Below are positions 26,734 to 40,499 of a DNA stretch of 64,000 bases, one piece after another. How positions within the stretch are numbered: position 1 is the stretch's first letter; each line of letters begins with the position of its first letter. Position numbers and translations under genes: made by a program. Below the pieces are notes generated by a model. That model saw only the letters and a list, made by a program, of their open reading frames with translations, had not been told where the DNA came from and ran no database searches. This DNA comes from Takakia lepidozioides. Lineage: Eukaryota; Plantae; Bryophyta. The stretch is taken from assembly GCA_030704615.1 (NCBI GenBank), contig CM060731.1, positions 17,918,001-17,982,000 on the forward strand, written 5' to 3'.

Positions 26734-29700
26734 ATGCTACTGGTACCGGGCAGCTTGTTTCCCAGAAAATTTGCTAGAGTGGGTTCCTGCTCTGTGCTCT
26801 GGAACCTTGCAAGAAGGAGGCATACTGCAATTGAGTGCTGCAAGTTGATGGAGAAGAAGAAGGCGCTGGTGTGGTTTCGCAAGGGGCTGCGTCTGCACGA
26901 TAACCCAGCATTGCTGCGCGCCTGTGATGGTGCCAGCCATGTCTATCCCGTGTTTGTGCTGGACCCCTGGTTCTTGTCTCCGGACCCCTCAGCTCCATCT
27001 CCTGGGTCTGTGGGAGTGGGTGTGAATCGCATCAACTTTCTCTTGGGGTCCTTGCAGGACTTGGATGAGCGCCTTCGTGCCCGCGGATCTCGCTTACTCT
27101 TGGTCCATGGCAATCCCACCAGCGTCATTCCGGATCTGCTTGCTAAGGTACTCTTTGTGCACCTCACATAGACAGTGGTGTGGGAATGGAGTATATAACA
27201 GTTGTAAGTGTGCGTTCATTGCAGGAGTACACATAGGGACAGATCATAAGAAGAAGAAAGAATGAAAGACAGAAGGAAACTTCATAATGTCACGGGTCAC
27301 AGACCTCATGGGACAAAAGATAATATGAGTATAACACTGGACGTGCACATTTTCTTTTCAAGCTGAAGCAATGTATTGCGTCCACCAGGAAGGTGAGAGA
27401 GAGACAGAGAAGGAGAGATGTAATTCATGTTCCAACTAATAGTGGTAGTGATTAGAGATTATTACATGGGTTTGGGGTTTTGGGGGTTTTTTTGGTGTCC
27501 ATGGAAGCAGAGTGGGACTTTTTTGTGACTTCTGTGTCAATTACCAGGTAATTTTGTGTTGGAAATGCAGTGGCAGATCAGCGAGCTGTGCTTTGAGCAT
27601 GATACTGAACCATATGCTTTGGAGCGTGATGAAAAAATTAAGGTGGTTTTACTCTCTGTTTACTCCCTGAGAGGAATTGAATGGTTTTTGTAGCTTGCAA
27701 ATACATTTGGAACATCTTTGACAACACTGCAGCCTCAATTTTGCTGTGGGTTCTATGGGTACATGATGAGTTGAGAACTGGTCAGCCAGCTCAATCTTTT
27801 GAAAGGTCCACTCCTTTAGTGCCAACTTCAGCATGTACTTGAGGTGCAGTTGGGCTGCCTTAGTCTGTTGTGTGAAGGAGAATAATAAATGTTTTCTTCA
27901 TTGCTGCTCAGTGCCACTGTCGTTCAATGACTGATATAAGTTTGATGCAAATACTGCAAAATACTTGGAGAGGGAGCATAGAAGTCCATGTATGATGAAC
28001 GGCTGGTTCAGGAGTTAGGTCGATTACCCCTGTATCTGGTTGTCGATGCTCCATCTCCTTATATGCGCCTAGAATCAATGAATGCGATGGGGTTGCCTGG
28101 TGTAACAAGCAATTACTAATCATTCGCAGGAAGTTGCTAGGCAAGCAGGGGTGGAGGTACACAGCCCTGTGAGTCACACTCTCTTCAATCCTGCTGATGT
28201 CATTGCCAAGGTATCTCCAGTGCCATACCTGTCGGTGGTGACTCCCCTTCGTGTTTCTGTGAAGCTTGATTCTTGTGCTGTTATGCTGACCAAGTAATAA
28301 TGCAGTCTGTGCTGTGTTTGTAAGTTGGAGGTATTTGGCCAAGGTCTGCACTCCTGACACTGGTGATTGATGCGGAAGAATGGTGGGAAGCCACCATTGA
28401 CGTATCAGTCATTCTGCAGATTGATCGGCAAACCACCTCCACCGCTGGGTGACGCACCACTGCACATTCCCTGTCCTCCCAATAACCTCAACTTTGTGGA
28501 AGTTGTGCCAGTACCCAGCCTTCAGGATCTTGGCTACAGCAATCTGAATGAGGTTTCCTCCTTCTCCGTCTCCACGATGCTCATGAGGAATGTTGAAAGG
28601 GACCTGATATAAGTTGCTTATTACTAGTCTGCTTGATGCACCTTGGTGGAATTCGTATGCACGAGTTACATCCACCTGCCACATGGTTTTGATTTAGAAC
28701 TGAGGAGAGACAAGTGTTGGTTATCTCATATTTTCACCTAGCTGTCCATTGGTCTCAAGGGGATCGATGATTTACCAAGTCTGTCTATAATATTTAAAAA
28801 GTCTCCAATGCTGTAAATATTCAAGTCTGGAGATCCACTCGTTTTGCAGAGCCATGTAGTAAAACTTTGGGTCGGAGTATTCTGAACAAAGCACATGGGT
28901 GCAATGCAATTTTACAGGAGTTCAGTCCTTATCCTGGTGGGGAGACTGAGGCTTTGAGGAGGCTTGACGATTCCTTAGCTGACAGTGTAAGTTCTGGTCC
29001 TCCGTCAATAGTACCATTGCAGAAATGACAATTGAGCGTTACTGAGGTGCGGATTTAGCAGAAATTAGAGTCTCTGGTTTCAAAAGCAGAGGCATGAATT
29101 TTGGGCATGGATGACATTTTTAAGAAGCTTGCTGGCTTTTTAAAATGAGATGTGGAGTTGTTGGTTGAACAGAAATGGGTGTGTGACTTTGAGAAGCCCA
29201 AGGGCAACCCCACAACTTTCATGAAGCCTGCAACCACTGTCCTGTCTCCCTATCTAAAGGTACAAGTCCGTCTTTCATCTTTAGCAAAAACACCAAGTTG
29301 TAAATCTCAAACCAAGCTCGTTGTGTTGGAGATGGAAATGCTCTTATTGCAGGTGGTTAAGCAAGCCACTGTACAGGTTCAAATTAAGTTTGACTGGCAG
29401 GGCGGTACAGCGATAAATATCTTATGTTTTACATTGGAGTGCAGTTCGGCTGTCTGTCATCGCGATTGTTTTATGAACGGTTGCAAGCTGTGTATGCGGA
29501 AACAAAGAAGCACACAAAGCCTCCTGTATCCTTGGAGGGCCAGGTTTCCACCCTTCCTATGCACCTAGTTGATTTTGGTATGCTAGCTGCATGAAGATGA
29601 TATCATGGTTCTGTGACGAGGCTGCTTTTGGTGTAAAAGGGGCATATTCAAGGGGAAGTGATCATCAATACAGAGGGAATTGTCTGCACATCCTCGCTTT

Positions 29701-31623
29701 TTGACACGAAGTGATCACATGTAGTGGAACAGTTGCTGTGGCGGGAGTTTTTCTACACGGTAGCCTATGGCACACCCAATTTCGATCGCATGGTTGGAAG
29801 CCCCATTTGCAAGCAGGTACACAACAAAGTTGTTTTCAACTTAAGCACCAGCTTCTGCTTTTGTGATTGCATGGCATGTTTGTCACTGTTTTTGCATTGA
29901 TCTACCCTGCTGTCACTAGATTTCCTAGATATATGAAATAGGCCTATCTTATTTCATGGAATGCAGAAGCTTATTGGAGACATATTCCACCCAGGGTATC
30001 GGTATATAGAGGGATGGTAATACCGATGGTGTCAGTCAAGTCTTTATTGTGGATGGAATAAGGTTATGTTCTGATGGGCAGATACCATGGAAGGATGATG
30101 ACGAGCTGCTAGCTGCATGGAGAGATGCTCGAACTGGCTACCCATGGATCGATGCCGCTATGGTTCAGGTTCAAATTATCATTTTCTCAGTTATCCTGCT
30201 GCCCTTGTGTCATGAGTCATGACCTGGTTGCAGCTGGAATGACTTTCATGGAATGGAATTCTCGCAGCAGAGGTGTACTTTGCAAACTGTCCTTCTAAAT
30301 TTCAGACCAAAAGCATTGTGAATATTTGAAGTTTATTGACCCTCAACACTGACACTCCACATCAAAAAATGATGGATTCCATATATCTCAGGATTCTAAG
30401 ACTCAACTTGTGTCGGTTGCAGCTCAGGAAGTCAGGATGGATGCACCATCTTGCGCGCCACGCTGTTGCATGCTTTCTCACTCGGGGGGATTTGGTAGGT
30501 TGCCCAGCCCATAGGTATTGTGGCATTGGCCTCAAACATAATGATGTTATTGAATGTAGAATTCCATGTTTTGAGCACTCAACCTAGTTGGGGAGTGGGT
30601 ATTGGATGGGTGTTACAGTTTGTTTATTGGGAGAAAGGTCGAGATGTCTTTGACAGGCTACTTATTGATGCTGACTGGTCGCTTAACAATGGCAACTGGT
30701 TATGGCTCTCAGCATCTGCTTTTTTCTCACAGGTCTGTTTTACTTGAACTAAGCTTTTCTCAATTTGGATAAAGCACATGTCTCCTGATTAAGATTATTG
30801 CTGATTGACACTCGTTCTCGGAGACTAATGCATTAACATGCTCATTTAATTTACAATGTGATTGACAATGTTTTCATTTTGGTATGGCAGTACCATCGCA
30901 TCTACTCGCCGATCACATTTGGGAAGAAGTATGATCCTGAAGGTGGCTACGTCCGTCATTTTCTTCCCATTTTAAAAGGTGAACGATGTACCTCTCGACA
31001 TCTGAGCTTCTCAACAAAGACTTGCATGTTGCTCCTCTGAATTTGTGCCTCACTTAGTTACTGACGCTATGGGATGGGTCCAGATATGCCAAAGCAGTAC
31101 ATATATGAGCCTTGGACTGCACCAAAAGAAGTCCAAAGGAAAGCAAAATGTGTAATTGGAGTAGACTATCCACGGCCTGGTTAGTAGCCTCTGTGACTTG
31201 TGAAGTGGTCCCTTGCAACAGTTCTGTTCAATTGCATCTTAATTGATGACAGAGCGTTGCTCAAGACTCGCATGTCTTTTCAGTTGCATGGCATAAGGAT
31301 GCAAAGGTCACCTCACGTACGGATATGCATCTCTGCTTGGACCAATCAAGAACTGATCAATGCTGAATGGGAATTTGCTTGCAGTGGTGGACCATGCACT
31401 TGCCAATAAACAATGCCGGGAACGCATGGGTGCTGCATATGCTCTCCACAAAGAAACTAATGGTCGACCCAAACAAGAGCAAGTTGATGCACTTCATGCT
31501 CACCTTGACCAGGTCATAGAGAAACCAACTGATGCTCCCAAGGCTAGGAGTAGCACTTCCAGGAGTAAGAATGATGTTTCTAATGTAAAGAGGCAGCGTA
31601 CCTTGACTGATTACAAGGGCTGA
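26734..31623 (+). CDS. UVR3: (6-4) DNA photolyase, multi-exon
   Basis: [36 protein letters not shown]…TTVLSPYLK|[74 protein letters not shown]. Alternative ATG at 26848. Confidence 0.95.
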
Positions 31624-32377
31624 CTGGGTTAAAGCTACCCAGTTTATGCAATTGGTCTATGCATATGACAATTTATACAATCTTTCTGCATTTACAGAGT
31701 GGGCTCTGATTCTGGTTTTGTTTCTGCTGTTCCATTCTCAGACTAAGCAAAGTTTTACTTGCTGCAAAGAGTGGACCTTAATGGGCAATAAAACTTTAGA
31801 GTCAGAATAATTTGTTCAAGCCTATACTTGAGTGAATGTTTGCGTGTTGAATGCTAAATATGTCATAAACTCGAAATGATTTGCTCTTGGCCACCACTTC
31901 TACAGCCTCTTTGCTCTTGTTCCTTTTTCCTTTCCAAGTGTTTTCCCGGATTTGAGAATCCTGGCCTGATGGCAGGAGCCCCAGGACAGGATTCGAAAAT
32001 CTGGGAAAACACAGGTAGAAACTTCACCTGTCTTAAAAATATGGCCAAATAAGGCAATTCTGCCAATTCCAGGGGGAAAATCTGGAATGTAATATTCCAT
32101 TGTATTCCTGGGTTGAATCTGTGGAGTGTTCCAGACAGGAAGCTCCTCATATTTACAAAGGAAATTTTCAGCCAGGTTTTGAAATGTGCACAAGCTATCC
32201 TCCAAATACACAGTTGATCCCTTAACATCTTGAGCCTCCAAAACTAACAAGACTGAGGACAGTACCATGGACCGCACCTCTCCCAGACATTAAACAATGT
32301 TCATTTGCAACATAGATATTACGGGGAAGAATACTCGAGATGATGAGGCCACAGTACTAACCCTGCCCACAAGCCCC

Positions 32378-35300
32378 TCAACTCAACAACCTTATCCAGA
32401 TGGCTAGTGCTGCTCCAATTGTGATGTTCAAAATGTTCGCCACGTCGTTATTTAGCTGCAACAACAGATCAATCCCCAGTTGCATCAGTACTCTCCCCCA
32501 TTTGACTTCTGACAAAACCTGACTTTATGATGCCTGCCACATACACTTCAAGACCTGACGGGTGGTACACAAACAGATCAGGGATTCCTCCATTTAACCA
32601 GAAGTCTTTCATGTTGAAGGCATGTACACCAAAATGAATATATCAATAAGATCTACTCTGTTGATAGGTCTGTTTGACGTCACAAATGCATTTAGCGATG
32701 CTGCCTGCATATCGACAGCCACATGCAAATGAAAGAGACTGAAGAAAAGTGGAACCCGAAGAAAAGGAATGTGAATGGTACAGATGCCAATGGATAAGAG
32801 TGAAGTGTAACTTCTTGCAAATGCCAGCATACAGTTTGAAACAAATATCTGGTCAGGAAAGGACAGAGAAAAGTAGAGAAGGGAGAACCCATTCATAGCC
32901 TTCACGACCCTGAAAGGCAGCTCCAACATAGCTCTCACAAAGATTTGCTATTTGTGCGGCAAGCACAGAGATGATAGCCCCCTTTCCGTCTGTCTGCAAA
33001 CAAAACAAACAGTTGTGCCCCCATTGTCGGCGAATCAATAGTGTTATGTATAAACACATATGCTGTGTGGTTAAGTCTGTGAGAGAGAGAGTACATGGAG
33101 CTTGCCAGGGTGCTGGTACAAGCACCGCTTCAAGTCTAGTGAGTCCTTGCAGGAGATGAGAGCTGGCCCCAACATCAAAGAATATGCATCCCCAGCTAGA
33201 CAGATTTGGAGGCCACTGTCACCCTCGTCAGAAATTAGAGTGTTCCCTGAAGTCACTGGCCTCTCGAAAAGCTTCAGGTCTAGATTGCATCAGAAACTTA
33301 GGTAGAGATAGTTCCTCAGACACGGAAGAGGTGATATGGTGGAACCAATAGCTTCCCCACAAGCAGGCTGCTGATCTCCCTGTTGTTTTAGAGGGGTGGC
33401 AAATACTAGAGCTATAGAAGCCAATCACCCTGCCCATCGAAGGAAGTTCCCATGTCAGGACATCCTCTTCAGATCATAGTCCCTTCCGGACATCAGTGCT
33501 CCTGGAGCTGGTTGTGGATTTTCTACTCACCAAGCACTCGGGCACAGCAGACGACGATCTGGGTACAATGGCTACTACATGTGGAGTCCAGCACAGCTAC
33601 CGTAGCCTCTGATTTGGCCACACATCGGACACAGCCTGTCCCACAGTGGCTAGAAAGGGAAAAAGAATGTTCTCATGGGATTTTGTTTGCCATAGCCTTA
33701 CGGCCATTGACCCTGCAGTAAATTAACCCTCCCGGAGCCTTCTGTGGGGTTCACACCCACCAGGGTTTAGCTTATCCCTTCAACTCAGCTGCAGGTATAA
33801 ACCCCGTAACTGCCATCGAGGCGCTCACAGAGGCACTTGTCAGCATGCAAACTTGACAGCCCCATTGCAGGGTTACTGGTTTTAGTTTTATAGCACTGTG
33901 TTTCCACAGAAATAACAAGCGTGGGGAGTGTGCAGGGCATATGAGGTTTCTGCCCGTCACTCTGGATTGCGTAAAGGGCAAACAACAAAAAAGAGAGACA
34001 CAAAGAGAGAGCACATACTAGGTCAATGGTGAATGCAAAAGCAGCCAACAGCGCTGATGCCAGCAAGCCTGCGAGTGTGCCTTCCAAGCTCACCGCCCCT
34101 TCTGTGCCCCGGGGCACAATAGAAAAAGTTGTCACCAAATACCTGTCAACAATCTCACACCACCCTGAGGCCCTACTCTATTGTCTCTTCTCCTTTCTCT
34201 TTATGCAAACATGAACATGAATGTAAATTTACTGGCAGAGCTGGTACAAACCTAGACTTTCAAAAGTATTTCAAACAGCTAAGTAACCTGCCAAACAAAC
34301 AAAGTATACACCACACAACTTGTGAATAAAGAGGGAGAGAGCTTCCGGAGATTTTTGGGTTGGGATTGAATTTCAGTGGGAAATTCTTGTATGTATGTGC
34401 ATAGATGTAAGCAAAATCATGTGCAGCTCTGGAAAATGCAGTGAACAAGGATCTTTCTCTCTCGGCTGAGTCCTGTGGTTCGGAGATATTGAAGTACAAT
34501 TTGTCAGTACTTAGTATTTTGCAGGTGTCATGGCCACATTGGCAAAGGTTTTTGAACCCAACCTACAGCACGAATAGGAGATGTTTACTCACGTGGTTTT
34601 CCCGTAAGCTTTTCCAATCTCACTGGAGATGGTATCACTGAGCTTTGTGCAGAAACTTGCCAAGAACCCCAGCTGCCACAAGGCTTTCCACTCAAATCCC
34701 CCAACACCCCCTATGGCTGCCAAGGCACAGAGAGTACCAGCTGTCCAAGATCCAAACACACTGGCAGGTCCCCGCCTTCCACCTTTCTTCTCAGCGATCC
34801 CAACAGCTTCTTTTTGTTTCATGTTAACCTTGGTAGCAGCAGTCCCCTGTAATCCACCCATTGGGGCACTTCTTTATGACCTCATTGGTACTCACTTGCT
34901 CATCAGTGAGGTCACAAGCAAAAGTGAGCCATAACCAGCAGATCCACCTATCCTGAAGCAAGTCATTCTGCACTACATCCGACGGCCATAGGCAAGTCAT
35001 AGGAGGGGCAACCTGAGAATTTTGCGATGGCAATGCTCCTCAACTCAACCATTTTCTGGTTTCTTTAGCTTTACCACTTCTTGCACACCCATCTGATCTT
35101 CAACTATTCTACCGCTAGTTCAGGATTTGAACATATATGTTCCAGCTTTCTGAGTATGATTTCTCTCCATATTGCTTAACACTTCCAATTGAGTTGAGCG
35201 TCCACATAAATCGGACAAGAAATGTATCTGGATCTAGCCCACATTAATGTGCCTGTTGGGGCAGATGCATATGAATCATTGCATGCATACGATTTAGCTC

Positions 35301-36145
35301 ACTTAATCGTTGCGGTATCCAGCCACAGGCTGTCAATCAAATGCTACCTTAAACATGTCACAGGCTACCTGCAGTTCCCACCCCTCCCTCTCTCTCTGTG
35401 ATCGAGGCTCTCCATATAAGTCTGGTTTTTTGGTGCTCCGTTTGTTTGTTGTTCACTTCCTATAGGCTCTTTGAGCTTCTGAGTACGTTTTAAAGCTCCT
35501 CTCTTTCTTTCTTCTTCCAATTCTGTACTGCTAAAACATTGGGTCTTGTAAATGCATTCATGCATCTTGCGCACAATTCTATCCCCTTGTCACTCTGTCT
35601 CAAAGAACAATGATACCCGGTAGGACCCGAGCACTCACAAGAACGAAATAGAGGGAAACGATAAGGGCGCCTGGACCTCCAAATGCACGCCATGTGAGAA
35701 CGGCCAGCGCATATGCACTCGTAATGCCAGACAACGAGAGTCCCACCAAAAGTAAAGGAGCCGATAACACGAAGTAGGTGCTCGTGGCAATGCCGGCCGA
35801 TTCCCAGGTCGCTGGAGAAGTGAATGCCCACTTCACCCCTTCCACAATGCCTGCTACGCCCTGTGCTGCTGGCAATTCCGCTGTAACCACTCCCTTCCTT
35901 CTTGGGAAATTGAGGCTAAAGGACTTATGCTTGCTGCGCATTTTCTTGATCGGGCTTCCAAAGGCATGGTTTCTCAATCCGGCAGCATTACTGCAGGGAC
36001 CTGAAAGAGCGTTGCAAAAGCTGCAGGTGCGGGGCCTACATCTCCACACCGATGTGGTCCGTGAGTATTGCCTCTGCACGTGAATACCCTTCAGATCCAG
36101 GGAGGACACAGGTGAGAAAACCTGTGTCCCAGCCACCGCAGCCAT
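32378..36145 (-). CDS. VTE6: Phytyl-phosphate kinase VTE6 (DUF92/TMEM19 family), 5 exons
   Basis: GTAATKV…GIAEKKGGRRGPASVFGS, ASFCTKLSDTISSEIGKAYGKTT, VPRGTEGAVSLEGTLAG, AAQIANLCESYVGA, last exon LNNDVANILNITIG…*; transit-peptide-like N-terminus. Confidence 0.92.
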
Positions 36146-36882
36146 CTGTGCGAGCACGAGGTTAGTAACTTGCCTGGATTGAAGGGGAAGAGGCCAGACA
36201 GAATTGAAATCACCTGCAAGGAAGGTTTGTCCGATTCAACCGCGCTTCACATTGCACTGCGAAATACTGCAGAGCTACCCAGTTCACTGATCCTCATTAC
36301 TTAGCTCGGCCCACAAAGTATCTCTTAGTGTTTCATCCTTTGGAAGACTGGGTGAGAAATGCTTGTGCCCATGTGTCACACTTGAACAAGGCTCTTCAAA
36401 AATTGCAGTAGACTCCTTCACTTCATAATGTCTTTTAAGTGTTGATTAGTGAGATGACACATACACTAATCCATGTAGGTTAAAGTTCAAACACAATTTG
36501 AGAAGGGTTTTACTCCTCACACTCAGTGGTTTCTTGACTTCAATGCAAGCTTATTAATTTGTTGAGATTATGTGCATGTCAAAGGCACTAGCAGCCCCTC
36601 AAGCCCACCTTATGCTGGTAGTACTACAACTCCGGGTTTGTGTACCAGAAATCTCTTGGATATAAGTGACACCACCAAGCCTAGTATTTTCAATGTGATC
36701 ATATAAGTTAACTTTTACTCCAAACTAGGTACTGAAAGTCTCTCTGGTTATCTGGCAAGGCTACATTTTTTTTGAAAGAAAAAAAACCTAGATGTAACTG
36801 AGTGTAGATGTAGCTCAGTTCTTCTCTGGTAGAAATTTGGCAACATGCACCTGATCATATGGTTGCTCTGGATGCGAGTCTT

Positions 36883-39343
36883 TCAAGTAGGAGCTGAGAT
36901 ACCGTTAGTGAATGTCCGGACTGTTTCAACAGAAAGTAAGGGGTTGTCAACTGCAAAGTCCTTTGTACAGTATCGTAAAGCATTTTTAGTTATGTACAAC
37001 TTGGCAGATATTTGCATCTGGCTGGTGCAATGGGGACTAATCCCTTTGATCTTCAAAGGTAAAATGACTTCCCTCCTCCAATCAAGTTTGGTAGAAAGCC
37101 AAACCTTATTGCCACTGGGCATGCTGGCCTCCAAGCTAACTACAGCAGCACACATCAGACTGGACTTAATTGCCCACAATTCCACATGATCACCACTATA
37201 AATTGTACTCAATGTACTACCTCGGCTGCCAGCCACTTGCTTCGCATATTCTGCCAACTCCTCATGGTCCGAGCCATGGAGATTGGAGTGGATGCATGTC
37301 CAGCATTGGGAAACCCAAAGTACATGGCAAGTTGCCCACATTGAGAGCTAGAAGAGCTTCTCAGACAGATAACTCTCTGTCCAGGTGGTCAATGGCCACT
37401 GCGAACTTCTAATGTGACATGGCACAGTGAGGATTTTCACTGTGTACCTTGCTGTCCACTTCCACTGATGCCATTAGGGCACATGCTGGATATCCGATTA
37501 CTGTCCCCCACATTGTGAAGACATCCACAAAAAAATGGTGAGGTAGAAGTGACAACAAGCTTGTGGATCTGGTGTGGTTGTTTCAAGCAACGTGATGATG
37601 ACCGGCACACCAGAGCCTACTGAATGTACCATATGGTGGATTCGGGCCAACAACATTGTCACTTGACCTGAAGTAAGCAGTGGAAACCAATTGAGGCTAA
37701 TATGGGGCGCAGACTATTTCACTATCTCTGACAGGGATAATGCAGGCAGGACGAAAGAGAACTCCAGGACAAGTGACCTGCAAAGAATCTCTGGCAGGTA
37801 GCTCAGAAACAAACATTGAAAGGTTCCTAGCTTGTGATCTGCTTCCAGTTGGATATACACTCCACAAACTATTAAGAAACTCAGAAGACATTCTGAAGCT
37901 CATATCTGGTGACTGCCCAGCACCCAGAGATTGATTAGCCTCCTTAATTAGCCGTACAGATCATTCCCTTGATTTTGGTTCTGTATAGACACCTACTACA
38001 ATTTTAGAGAAATACTACATGAAGAGATTGGTTACAACTGCTGAACCAGTTCTTCAAACAGCCTGCACTCTTCATGGCATGCACTCACAGGCCCTGACAG
38101 CCATCATTGTAGAAACCAATCACTTTTTTGGCTCGCTTTCTGACTCTATCAAACCCGCCCACCTGATAAACAGACTGAAGGACCAGTGGAACTGTTAGGC
38201 ATAAAATTGAACCAAACAGGTCTCAACGGTATCCTGATTTTGATCTTGAAAAACGAATGTCAAGATCTGGTGCAAACTGCAGACATGGTAGATTCTAACT
38301 TGCGTTTCATACGAAAAAGAAAGGAACCGCCGCATGTTGAGGGACCTGTCGACAAACCACATGACAGAGGGAAATGCAAAAATGGAGTTGCGAGGCGATG
38401 CAGCCAGTATGTAAATAGCGCTATCGAAATCAACGTATGGCATTCTTGTCCACACAAGCTTTGCGTCGCTACACCCACATCTCCATCACCAGTTTACACA
38501 CATTCGATGGCATTGGTTCGCCTGTCGGTGAAGAGCATTGTAGGGCAGCCGAGGTTGAGGCAAGAACACGCTGGCTGGAGAACCCGCGGCCTCCATTTTG
38601 CTGCTGAAACACCAGGCAGGGCCTGCTGATCCTTGCACACTGGAACAAACGAACAAACGAACAAACCCATTGCTCAGCTGTAAACAGCCACCTCCCCCCA
38701 AATGGTACACACTACTGCAACAATGGTGAACATAACAATTCAAAGAGACGAGACATGTAACAAGCTCAAAAGAGCCTCAACAGACCGCTGCCATCTCATG
38801 GGCTCTCATCTCTCTTCTTTTCGTGGGGATGACATGTTGTTACCAAATCATCATTCAACAGTGCTCTTGAGTTCGTTCTATATGTTGAATCTCTCGATTC
38901 AAGGAGAAAACCATGGAGATCAGAGTCCACTTCAGTTGCGGCCAGTATGGAGCTGGCACATCATGTTTTAGTCTTTATGCTGCGTTTGAAAGCACACTTT
39001 CAAATCTGGAAGCGTTAGTTAGGGCCAGCTGGTCCTCTTTCCTTGCTGAACATTCTTGTGTTTCGAGTAAGTTTCTTTTCCCAACACAAGACAACAAAAC
39101 ACTCCAAGCCATATCCAGTTCACAAACAGATACGCCATGCGCTCTCGTCAATTCATCCACTTGGAGTCCTTGTGGACAAACTTTCTGCAACCCATCACTG
39201 CTGCTGCAACAGGCGCTATGATCCAAGAGCAAACACGGGCGCTCTTGGAACACATGGACGGACCCACCTGGAATCTAGAACTCTACCTGTACCAGCATCA
39301 TTCCACTGGGACCCGCTCGGGATCTAATACGCTTTTTCCCCAT
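36883..39343 (-). pseudogene. Decayed protein-coding gene of unidentified family
   Basis: A protein-like frame at ~38160-37260 (…GPNPPYGTFSRLWCAGHHHVA*NNHT…HHFFVDVFTMWGTVIGYPACALMAS…) is interrupted only by TGA/TAG, then shifts into the 36883-37341 ORF. A similar upstream segment lies at 39343-38850. Confidence 0.45.
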
Positions 39344-40499
39344 ACCCTCTAATAGTATTCTAGCTGGACTCTTCCTATACATACACCGACTTCCTTTCCT
39401 TTCCTCATGAAACGAAGGGCATCTCAAGGAAGATGAAAGAGTGAGACTGAGAAAGTCCAACCCCACCCCACCACCCAAGTTGCTTACGCAACAGCTACAG
39501 TAGACATTTTGGTTTCCTCTATTGGAAACTTCACCGTGCTGTAGGATCCTCCCTTTTGCAAACAAAACGTGCACGCATGTAACTGGGTATAACTTGGTGG
39601 TATTCCCATATTATACTGTTTCAAACGGTGCTCACATTGCAGCCTCCGAACTGACTGAATATACCTACACCTAGGTCCTATACCGAACTGTGCCTCAGCA
39701 TTGAATTAGGTAAGTCTCTTCATCGTACCTACTTCTTTCCCTTGTTTTTTGGGACAAGGGCTTGCGTGCCTGATTCTTGGGATGATGTCTGGACTCTCGA
39801 GTCTGGACTCTCATTCTAATGTCAGGTTGTGTGCCCGTGATCATTGCCACCTCCAACCTCGTCATTATAATGTTGTACTCTACTAAGTACGCAATTGTCT
39901 TCAAAAGCAAATCTCATTCAAGATGCATGGCACAGATCTTCAAGAAGTATTTCAGATCTTCAAGAAGACCCACAAGGGGTCCTCAAGGGGTTTCTCCCAG
40001 CTGTTGTACTCACCCTATCCAGTGTGTGATCTGCATCCGAAGAAAAGCTAACAGGTTGCATGCTCTAAAACTTGTGTGCACTAGAGTATCAGCTCCACGT
40101 TATAGTACGCACACTTCAGCCGGTCCCACAGCACTGAACTGCCAAAGTTAGAGGCCTGGAGGCCTGGTCCATCAGTTGGGTGTACGAGGTTTACGACCAC
40201 AGTATCTATTCTTGTCCTAGTTGGAGATGAAGAACGGAATGAAAGCCGGATCATCTGCTCACTGATCCAACTGATGCGGTCCGGTTCACTGCACTTTCAC
40301 TGCACTTTCTGACCATCATCCTCCAGAAAGCTCAAACCAAAATGCGTGAATGACATGGGGTCCAGCTCTTTCCGATCTCTCACATTGGGAGGGAGAGCAA
40401 CAAGAATCAGCTCATCTGATTAGCATCAAACTAAACATGAACACTAAACTTACATGTTTATGAAATATGAACAACTTCTTCCGAGAGGTTCAAGCCCAT

